DNA of 64,000 nt, from IMG/VR virus record IMGVR_UViG_3300049828_000292, positions 5,349 through 69,348 of that record, one strand, 5' to 3'. The translations under genes were made by a program, and so were the position numbers. The stretch's first letter is position 1; every line of letters begins with the position of its first letter. This DNA comes from a virus (taxonomy: Duplodnaviria; Caudoviricetes). Shown here piece after piece: positions 26,251 to 33,957 of this stretch. A model generated the notes under the pieces. The model did not search any database. It was given only the letters and a program-made list of their open reading frames with translations, and was not told where the DNA came from.

Positions 26251-29250
26251 ATGAAGAACCCGTACGCAGACCTCGACGATCCGGCGCCCTCCGCGCCGGT
26301 GAATCCGTACGCTGAACTCGACACCGCGAAGACGAGCGCGACGCGGCGCATCGTCGGCGACACGGCGATCAGTGCCCTGAAGGGCGCGATCGGTCTGCCC
26401 GAGTCGATCGTCGGCCTGGCGAACATCCCGACGCTGGGCTATGCCGGCAAGGCGGTCGAGGCGGCCGGCATCCGCTTCAAGGATGCGAAGACCGCGCTCG
26501 ACGAGCTCTACTCGCCCGAGCAGAAGCTCGCGAACATGCGGGTGTCCGAAGCCCAGGGCGTGGCCGACACGATCAAGGAGGTGGTGACGAACCCCTCGGT
26601 GGCGTTCCACACCACGGTCGAATCCCTGCCTTCCATGATCGGCGGGGCCGGCCTGGCGCGCGGCGGCGCGAAGGCGCTGGGCGTGCTGGCGCCGAAGGTG
26701 GCGCCGCTGATCAGCGCTCCGGTCTGGGGCGGTATCGGTGAGGGCGCGATCAGCGCCGGCCAGTCGGCTGAGCAGATCCGGCAGGAGAGCGCCGACGGCA
26801 CGATCACGGCCGGGCAGGCGGGCGCGGCGCTGGCTTCCGGCGCGGGCACGGCGGCGATCGGCGTGGTGGGCGGCAGCCTCGCCCAGAAGTGGAAGCTGGC
26901 CGACCCGGAGACCGTGCTGTACGGCGGACGCCAGATGCTGCCGGCCGGCACGAAGCCGCTGGGCGCGATCGCGCGCATGACCGGCGGCGCGCTGTCGGAG
27001 GGCATGCTGCAGGAGCTGCCGCAGTCGCTGCAGGAACAGGTCTGGCAGAACGTGGCGACCGGCCGGCCGTGGAACGAGGGGCTAGCCCAGGCCGGCGTCC
27101 TCGGCGCGGCCGCGGGCGGATTGCTGGGTGGCGTGGCGAACATCGGGCGCGCCCCGGTGGCCCCCGCGGTAGCCCCGCCAGCCGCGCCAGCCGGGCCTAC
27201 GGCGGGAGAAAAGGGGCAGGGTGGGGCTCCCATATCTCCCGTGGATCCGGGCGCGCCTCCAGCGCCTCCTGGAAGCCTCACGGCGGCCGCCCAGGTGGCG
27301 ACCGGCAACGAGCCGGCGATCCCCGGCTTCGCCACCGAGGAGGCGGCTGGCAAGCGGGCGGCGGCCGAGGCGGCGCGCACGGGCCAGCCGTACGGGGTGC
27401 TGCCCCATCCGGACCAGCCGGCGCAGTTCGCGGCGGCGCCGCAGGCCGACATCGACGCGATCGAGCAGCCCGAGCCGGTGCCGGTCAACCCGCACCAGGC
27501 GCGGATCGATGAGGCCACGGTCGAGCTGACCGACGCCCAGGATCACCTGCTCAAGCTCCAGACCGACCAGGCGGCCGGGCCGAACCCGGTGCGCGAGATG
27601 CGCATCGAGGTGCTGAAGAAGCAGGTCGCCGACCTGAACAAGTCCATCTCGAACCTGACGAAGCTGGGCGAGGCGTCCGCTGCGAAAGTGCAGCCGCAGA
27701 CTGCAACTTCGGCCGTAGGCGTTACGAATCAGCCTGGAAGTGAGCCACAAGGGGCGAAAGCCGTAACGGGTGAGCCACAAGCCGTGACGCCTACCACGGC
27801 GCCGGCCGCGGAGTCTCGGACATTAAGTGCCCCGGCGGCGGACTTAATGTCCGCTCCGACCTACGAGCCGACCCCGGCCGCCGAGACCCTGCACGAGCCC
27901 CCGGCGAAGTTCTCGCGCCTGACCGACCCGGCGCAGCGCCAGGCCGCGATCGCCGAGATCAATCAGCTGAAGCTCGAGGCGAAGGCACTCGGGGCGAAGG
28001 GTGGCCTGACCGCTCAGGAGGGGGCGCGCTACGACCAGGTGATGACGCAGATCCAGGCGCTGCGGTTCGACCTCGGGCGCCCGGATACCGAGGCCGACAT
28101 CACGGCCCCGGAACAGGAGCGCATGAGCACGCTCAGCCCGAAGACGAACGCGGCCATCAGCGCGGACATGTTCCGCAACAAGGACATCTACACCGCCATC
28201 GGCTCCGCGGCGGCCGGCGCCGCCTACAACGCGGACACCGCAGTCGACCGCATCTTCGACGGCAAGAACCCAGCCGTCACGCCGCAGGAGGCGTACGACA
28301 CATTCGCCGCCTCGAGGGAGGCGCTGCGTGCGCAGTACGGCGACACCCTGACGCTGTACCGCGCGCCAGGTGAGCAGAAGACGAAGACCACCACGAACTG
28401 GGCGACGACGCGCGAGTTCGCGCAGCAGTTCGGCGAGAAGGTGATCAGCAAGCAGATCCCGGTGGAGGATGTCCTGGCCGCGCACGTCAGCGGCAAGGGC
28501 CGCTACCACGAGCTGATCATCGGCGACTCCTCGAAGTTCGTGGCGAAGCCGGCCGCGCCAGAGATCGTTGCGCTGGCGCAGTCCCGCGGCAAGGCGTGGG
28601 ACGCGCTGCCGCCGATGGCGCGCACCCTGGCCGACAAGGCGATCGCCTCGGACGATCGGCTGACCGCGGACAACATCCAGTACGGCAAGGGCGGCACCGA
28701 GATGTCGACGAGCGAGGCATCGTTCGCGCAGAAGCGGGCCCGCCTGGCCGCCACCGCGCGCGCCATGAACGCCTTCGCGAAGGCGGCCGCTCCGCACCTG
28801 CCGGCCGACACCGACGCGAACTCGCTGCTCAACTGGCGCCGCCGGTCTGGCGCCTACGGCGCGGACACCACGCCAGCGATGAGGCAGTACTGGGCTGAGC
28901 GGGACAACCAGGAGAAGAGCAATGCCGGTCGAGAAGATGAAAAGCAACGAAACGCTGCGGCAAGAGGCCGAGGCGAAGCGCAAGGCGAAGCAGCCCGAGC
29001 CGTCGCTGAATCCGTTCGAGACCGTGCGCCGGATCAGCGACGTGCTGAAGAGCGCGCCGCCCCCGAGCGGCGACCGCAACGGCAAGCTGCCGCCGAAGTA
29101 GAGGCGAGCACCCAGCCGGTCACGTTCAGCGTGATCGAGGCCGGGACGGGTCGCGAGGTGACCGTTACGATGCCGGCTAACAAGGCGCTCGCGAAGATCG
29201 ATTCGCGCATCCAGATGATGAAGGATCTGCTGACATGTCTCTCGTCCTGA
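26251..29250 (+). CDS. 999-aa ejection protein with Gly/Ala hydrophobic N-terminal region and an ART-like domain
   Basis: NPYADLD start; EG..QE..Q...Q polyvalent-type motif; YGDTLTLYR...TNWATT...YHELII (~28340-28520). Confidence 0.8.
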   Translation: MKNPYADLDDPAPSAPVNPYAELDTAKTSATRRIVGDTAISALKGAIGLPESIVGLANIPTLGYAGKAVEAAGIRFKDAKTALDELYSPEQKLANMRVSEAQGVADTIKEVVTNPSVAFHTTVESLPSMIGGAGLARGGAKALGVLAPKVAPLISAPVWGGIGEGAISAGQSAEQIRQESADGTITAGQAGAALASGAGTAAIGVVGGSLAQKWKLADPETVLYGGRQMLPAGTKPLGAIARMTGGALSEGMLQELPQSLQEQVWQNVATGRPWNEGLAQAGVLGAAAGGLLGGVANIGRAPVAPAVAPPAAPAGPTAGEKGQGGAPISPVDPGAPPAPPGSLTAAAQVATGNEPAIPGFATEEAAGKRAAAEAARTGQPYGVLPHPDQPAQFAAAPQADIDAIEQPEPVPVNPHQARIDEATVELTDAQDHLLKLQTDQAAGPNPVREMRIEVLKKQVADLNKSISNLTKLGEASAAKVQPQTATSAVGVTNQPGSEPQGAKAVTGEPQAVTPTTAPAAESRTLSAPAADLMSAPTYEPTPAAETLHEPPAKFSRLTDPAQRQAAIAEINQLKLEAKALGAKGGLTAQEGARYDQVMTQIQALRFDLGRPDTEADITAPEQERMSTLSPKTNAAISADMFRNKDIYTAIGSAAAGAAYNADTAVDRIFDGKNPAVTPQEAYDTFAASREALRAQYGDTLTLYRAPGEQKTKTTTNWATTREFAQQFGEKVISKQIPVEDVLAAHVSGKGRYHELIIGDSSKFVAKPAAPEIVALAQSRGKAWDALPPMARTLADKAIASDDRLTADNIQYGKGGTEMSTSEASFAQKRARLAATARAMNAFAKAAAPHLPADTDANSLLNWRRRSGAYGADTTPAMRQYWAERDNQEKSNAGREDEKQRNAAARGRGEAQGEAARAVAESVRDRAPDQRRAEERAAPERRPQRQAAAEVEASTQPVTFSVIEAGTGREVTVTMPANKALAKIDSRIQMMKDLLTCLSS
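27686..27857. repeat. cluster of inverted and direct repeats inside a coding linker
   Basis: Perfect 12-bp IR CGGACATTAAGT/ACTTAATGTCCG (27817-28/27842-53); IR 27712-26/27783-800; direct repeat GTGAGCCACAAG x2; IR 27686-27709. Confidence 0.75.
28922..29101 (+). CDS. 59-aa gene nested in the +1 frame of the 999-aa gene
   Basis: AGGAG RBS, ATG...TAG; third positions mostly G/C in this frame while the host frame switches to A/T-ending codons. Confidence 0.6.
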   Translation: MPVEKMKSNETLRQEAEAKRKAKQPEPSLNPFETVRRISDVLKSAPPPSGDRNGKLPPK

Positions 29251-29543
29251 GTCGCGAAGAGATCCAGGCAGCCTCGCCGAGGTACAAGGTCGAGCGCTCG
29301 CCGCAACCGAAGCCGGCGGCGCCGGCGAAGGATCCGGTCGCCGATGCGATCGATCGGTTCAGCTCGGCGCTCGCCCAGGTCACCCAGGTGAACGCCGCCA
29401 GTAGCATCGCGATCACTGAATTGCTGAAGCAGATGTCGCAAGAGATCAAGGCGGCATCGCCGCCTCGCCCGAAGTCCTGGACGTTCAAGGCAACGAAGGA
29501 CAAAGCGGGAAACATGACCATCAACGCCACGCCGAACTACTGA
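29235..29543 (+). CDS. hypothetical protein
   Basis: AAGGA RBS; C-terminal PKSWTFKATKDKAG beta-hairpin. Confidence 0.7.
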   Translation: MSLVLSREEIQAASPRYKVERSPQPKPAAPAKDPVADAIDRFSSALAQVTQVNAASSIAITELLKQMSQEIKAASPPRPKSWTFKATKDKAGNMTINATPNY

Positions 29544-29544
29544 C

Positions 29545-31839
29545 ATGGCGAAGATCCGCGACTCGGCAGTCTCGATCGTTGCCACGGCGGCCGCCTCGAT
29601 CGCGGTCGAGATGCCGACGCACGCGACGGGCGACCTGCTGCTGTTCTTCTTCAACAAGGACACAACCTCGGGCGGGCCGTCCACGCCGTCGGGCTGGAGC
29701 ACGGTGAGCGGCTTCAGCAACCCGCTGAACTCCACTGGCTCTGGCAACTACCTGTTCGCGAAACGCGCCACCAGCAGCTCGGAGTCGCTCGGCACGGTGT
29801 CGTACACCTCCGAGACATCGATCTGCATCGTGATCGCGATTCAGGGCTGCTACGGCTCGACCGTGGCCGACGCGATCTCGAACTGCACCACCGCTGGCGC
29901 GGATGACTCGACCCTGCCGCTGGACGGCGGATCGAGCTTCACGCCGACATACGCGAACTCGCTGGTGCTGAGTCTGCTGGGCACCGACTCGGGCATCGGC
30001 CCGTTCTGTCTGCCGGGCTGGGTTCACCTGTTCGGCGGCGATGCTGGCGCGAACTCGCTCGCGGTGAGCTACACGTTCCAGCGCACCGCCGCTTCGCTGA
30101 CGCACCCCGGCTACTGGGGTGGCGTGGCTGACGACGCGCGCTGGGCCATGCTCGCGATCCGCGACGACGGCAACGGGCAGATCCCGGCCTACCCGGATCG
30201 CGGCACCTCGCCCGCCACGCTGCTCGCGCCGCTGGTCATGTCAGGCACGCCGGATAAGGGAACATGGGAGCTGGTGACGAACGACATCACGTCGGTCACC
30301 ATGACGAACGGCGGCGGCACGAAGACGCTGAACCAGCTCGACCCGGTGGCAGCGGCTGACTCGGGCTACGACCCGTTCCTCGCGGCCACGCGCGTGGTGG
30401 CCGCCTCTTCGACCTCGGCGATGAACGCCTCGCAGTTACGGCGCACAGCGAACGATGACCTGACGCTGGGCGAGGGCGTGATCTTCGGGACGTGGCGACC
30501 GCAGGTGCCTCGCGACTACCTCGACATGGGCAAGGTGGTGGCCGGCGGCACGGCGCTGATGATCGCGGACGCATCGAACAACTACCGGATGTGGTGCGTC
30601 GGGGCGCAACTCTCGAAGACCACGAAGGTGTCCGACCGCCAGAACTTCGTGATCGAGGTGGCGACTGAGGATACGGACTGGGCCGAGAGCGCCACGAACC
30701 CGACGCTGTCGGCGATCCAGGACTGGTACTTCTGCGGTTCGGGCTACTTCGGCGCGGCCTCGGTCGAGTGGTCGGGCCTGTACCTGCTCAACTCGTTCGT
30801 GATCGCGGGCGGCTCGGCGTCGGTGCCCATGACGTTCGACGACATCGTGCTGGCGGTGAACAACGGCGGCGGCTTCATGCCGTACATCGAGAAGGCCGGG
30901 GCCGCAGGAACAATCTGGGTGCCGCTGCAGTTCGGCGGCGGCGAGGCGTGCCATGTCGGCGTGAACCTGTCGGTGTTCCAGTGGCCGCGCAAGTCGGACG
31001 GCAGCCGCTACCTTGACTCGCACATCAGCGACAACAAGCACGGCATCGAGTTCTACGGGCAGGATCGCGGCGGGGGCGATGTCGACACGCTGAAGTTCAC
31101 GAACACGGTGTTCACGGCCGAGTCGCCGTACTACTGGCGCTTCAACGCCAGCCATGATGCGGACGCGACCGTGGACTTCGGCGGATCGACGGTGGTCGGC
31201 GCGACGGTGACGCTGCGCTCGACGGTGACCCTGAGCCGGGTTGCGTTCATCAACTGCCCGACGTTCACGCAGAACGCAGCGGTGCTGACGAACTGCTCCT
31301 TCACCGGCACGAAGGTGACCTCGGCCGCGCCGGGCGATGCGGACAACATCTCGAACTCCACCTTCACCAGCGCGGGGACGGGGCACGCGATCGAGATCGG
31401 CGGCACGGCGGCGAACATCACGCTCACAGGGCTGACCTTCACCGGCTACGCCGGCTCGAACGGCTCGACCGGCAACGAGGCGATCTTCGTCAACATTGCC
31501 TCTGGCAACATGACGATCACCATCAGCGGCGGCAATACCCCGAGCATCCGCACGGCGGGCGCCACGGTGACCGTGAGCAACGTCATCACGCTGACGCTGA
31601 CCGGGCTGGTGAGCGGCAGCGACATCGTCATCCTCGATGCCGGCACCACAACCGAGCGCGTCAACGTGGACGCGAACAGCGGCACGACCTACCCGTTCAA
31701 CTTCTCGACCGGCGGCAACGTCGACATCTGCGTCTACAAGGCGGGCTATGTCCCGTTCGTGGTGCGCAACTACACGCTCCCGGCGGCGAATGCCTCGCTG
31801 CCGATCTCACAAGTGACTGACCGCAACTACACCCCGTAG
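29545..31839 (+). CDS. tail fibre/spike-like protein with beta-helix C-terminal part
   Basis: Ser/Thr/Gly-rich; NCSFTG/NSTFT/GLTFTG beta-helix strands; terminal LTLTGLVSGSDIVI domain. Confidence 0.7.
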   Translation: MAKIRDSAVSIVATAAASIAVEMPTHATGDLLLFFFNKDTTSGGPSTPSGWSTVSGFSNPLNSTGSGNYLFAKRATSSSESLGTVSYTSETSICIVIAIQGCYGSTVADAISNCTTAGADDSTLPLDGGSSFTPTYANSLVLSLLGTDSGIGPFCLPGWVHLFGGDAGANSLAVSYTFQRTAASLTHPGYWGGVADDARWAMLAIRDDGNGQIPAYPDRGTSPATLLAPLVMSGTPDKGTWELVTNDITSVTMTNGGGTKTLNQLDPVAAADSGYDPFLAATRVVAASSTSAMNASQLRRTANDDLTLGEGVIFGTWRPQVPRDYLDMGKVVAGGTALMIADASNNYRMWCVGAQLSKTTKVSDRQNFVIEVATEDTDWAESATNPTLSAIQDWYFCGSGYFGAASVEWSGLYLLNSFVIAGGSASVPMTFDDIVLAVNNGGGFMPYIEKAGAAGTIWVPLQFGGGEACHVGVNLSVFQWPRKSDGSRYLDSHISDNKHGIEFYGQDRGGGDVDTLKFTNTVFTAESPYYWRFNASHDADATVDFGGSTVVGATVTLRSTVTLSRVAFINCPTFTQNAAVLTNCSFTGTKVTSAAPGDADNISNSTFTSAGTGHAIEIGGTAANITLTGLTFTGYAGSNGSTGNEAIFVNIASGNMTITISGGNTPSIRTAGATVTVSNVITLTLTGLVSGSDIVILDAGTTTERVNVDANSGTTYPFNFSTGGNVDICVYKAGYVPFVVRNYTLPAANASLPISQVTDRNYTP

Positions 31840-31847
31840 GAACCGAC

Positions 31848-33233
31848 ATGGCAAAGATCATTGATGGCGACGACCTCGACGTAGGCGTAGAGATCACCCT
31901 CGACACCACGGCAAAGACCTTCACCCTCATCGAGGCGGGGCAGCTCGTCGCGAAAGACGGCGTGACGCTGCAGGCGCTCTACAGCAAGTTCATCAAGCTG
32001 TGGGAAACGGCGGCCTACAACAAGTACCCGTTCCCGATGTACGCGATCGACGCGCTGTCGGGCCAGTTCCAGTTCGGCACCGATGGTGGCTCCTACAACG
32101 GCTGGAAGCCTGCGAACGATACGACGCGCCAGATGCTGCGCGACGGCGGCTGGTCGGAGTACAGCAACGCGGGCGTGCTCAATCGCCAGTATGTCGGCAT
32201 CGTGGCCCTGGCCTCGGGCTTCCCGAGCGGGGCGCAGTTCTACTACCAGAAGGACAGTGCCGGGGCGGCGGCCGACTTCACCTTCACCGATGCGCCGAAC
32301 CAGGGGATTCAGGTGTTCGGTGACGCAACGAACGGCAGCTTCGACAACCGGACGTTCTTCAAGATTTTCTGCCGCGAGCCGAACTACACCTTCGACGATG
32401 CGGTGCTGGGCGATGTGGGTCTGTCGGCCACGGGTGCCTTCAAGGTGTCGCTGCCGATCTCGGTCGGCACCGACCTGAAGACCTACTCAAGCGGCAGTCC
32501 GATCCTCGACACGGCGATGTCCGGTGCGCCGTACTCAAGTCTGGGGCTGGAGTACTTCGGCTCCGATCAGACCGGCTACGACATCGGCGCCTATCCGTTC
32601 CGCATCGTCGTCGACAACACCACGGCGAACGCCACGCTCGAGCAGATTTACACCTGGCTGCAGTACAAGCTGCGGCAGGACGCCGACATCGATGATGGCG
32701 CTGGCAATGTCAACGGCCTGACGGCCGCCTCGCTCGCCTACTTCGTGGGCGACACGCTGATCACCGCGAACGGCGTGTTCATCGATGGCGTGATCGATGC
32801 CGACCTGAACCGGGTCGACTTCTATGACCAGAATGGCGTGGTGCGGCGCTACCCCTACGCCTCGGCCGGGACGCTCAACTTCAACTCGTTCCTCACGTCG
32901 GGTGGCACCGGCTACTACCGGATGTACTTCACGAACGACGATGCGGGCGCGAACGCCGGCAACGACTACGGCACCTCGGGCGCGATCACCGTCAACGACA
33001 AGGACGGGAGTCCGATCGCCGGATCTATCGGCGCGGCGGCGATCTCGTTCTCCTACGACTACGACGGCAACGTGCAGCGCGGCACCGGCTCGAACGGCGA
33101 CGACGCGCCGATCACGATCGTGGCTGGCAACAAGGGCATCGCGAAACCCGTGGTGGCGACCGGCACGATCAGTCGCAGCAAGGGCATCTCGATCTCGCTG
33201 GTGGCCGAGCAAGACCGTGCGTACACCGCCTGA
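31848..33233 (+). CDS. tail-associated structural protein
   Basis: DGVTLQALYSKF..LW...YPFP motif; typical codon usage. Confidence 0.7.
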   Translation: MAKIIDGDDLDVGVEITLDTTAKTFTLIEAGQLVAKDGVTLQALYSKFIKLWETAAYNKYPFPMYAIDALSGQFQFGTDGGSYNGWKPANDTTRQMLRDGGWSEYSNAGVLNRQYVGIVALASGFPSGAQFYYQKDSAGAAADFTFTDAPNQGIQVFGDATNGSFDNRTFFKIFCREPNYTFDDAVLGDVGLSATGAFKVSLPISVGTDLKTYSSGSPILDTAMSGAPYSSLGLEYFGSDQTGYDIGAYPFRIVVDNTTANATLEQIYTWLQYKLRQDADIDDGAGNVNGLTAASLAYFVGDTLITANGVFIDGVIDADLNRVDFYDQNGVVRRYPYASAGTLNFNSFLTSGGTGYYRMYFTNDDAGANAGNDYGTSGAITVNDKDGSPIAGSIGAAAISFSYDYDGNVQRGTGSNGDDAPITIVAGNKGIAKPVVATGTISRSKGISISLVAEQDRAYTA

Positions 33234-33245
33234 TAGGGGAGCCCT

Positions 33246-33752
33246 GTGGCAACCACCTTCGACGGCGCCAGCAAGCGCATCGTTCTCGATAGCGCTGCAG
33301 TAACGGCGGCCGGCCTGTGGTCCGACTGGGTGCGGTGGCTCGACGCCGACACCGACAACGGGAAGTGGGATCCCGCTTTCCGCCAGGTGGGCGGGGACGA
33401 TCTCGGGGGCGGGCTGTCGATCCCGCCCTACATCTTCCTGCTGAACGGCTGGCGCGTGCGGCCGATGGAGTCGAACCACAACCTGACCATCACCGGCAAC
33501 CTGTTCGTCGACGGCGGCGGGGTGCCGGTGGTGGGCACGCTCGGCACCTACCAGGTGAACGTGAACTACACGGTGCCGGTGCAGGCCCAGGCGTTCGATC
33601 CTGGCGGCAGCACGGGCCCGTCCGCGGCTGACATCGCCGCTGCCGTCCTGGCGGCCCTCGAGGCCACCACCATCCCGGTCGACGCGAAGAAGATGAACGG
33701 CGCGCCGATCGCCGGCACAGGCCAGCCGACCGACCTGTGGCGCGGAGCGTGA
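33246..33752 (+). CDS. tail-associated structural protein
   Basis: LWSDWVRW...AFRQVGGD...YIFLLNGWRVRP; distantly like the N-terminus of the preceding gene. Confidence 0.7.
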   Translation: MATTFDGASKRIVLDSAAVTAAGLWSDWVRWLDADTDNGKWDPAFRQVGGDDLGGGLSIPPYIFLLNGWRVRPMESNHNLTITGNLFVDGGGVPVVGTLGTYQVNVNYTVPVQAQAFDPGGSTGPSAADIAAAVLAALEATTIPVDAKKMNGAPIAGTGQPTDLWRGA

Positions 33753-33955
33753 TGGGCGCGTTCGCCTCTAACTCATTCTCGGTCCTCGCGTTCAGCGCGG
33801 CGGCCTTCGCCTTCGATGGCGGCCTGCCGCCGGCCGAGTACCACGCCGGAGGCTCATGGCATGAGCCCGCGCGCGCCGAAGTCGTCGAGTTCACCGACGA
33901 CGAGATCCTGACCATCGTCCAGGCCGTCTGCGTGTCTGGCCTTCTTGAGAGCTGA
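33752..33955 (+). CDS. small hypothetical protein
   Basis: TGATG coupling; AF-repeat N-terminus. Confidence 0.6.
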   Translation: MGAFASNSFSVLAFSAAAFAFDGGLPPAEYHAGGSWHEPARAEVVEFTDDEILTIVQAVCVSGLLES

Positions 33956-33957
33956 CC

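Noticed and set aside
27221-27529. Third +1-frame nested ORF in the 999-aa gene (VGLPYLPWIRARLQRLL...)
   Set aside because: Only the first ~20 codons look favourable; the rest is Arg-rich shadow sequence and the RBS is weak.
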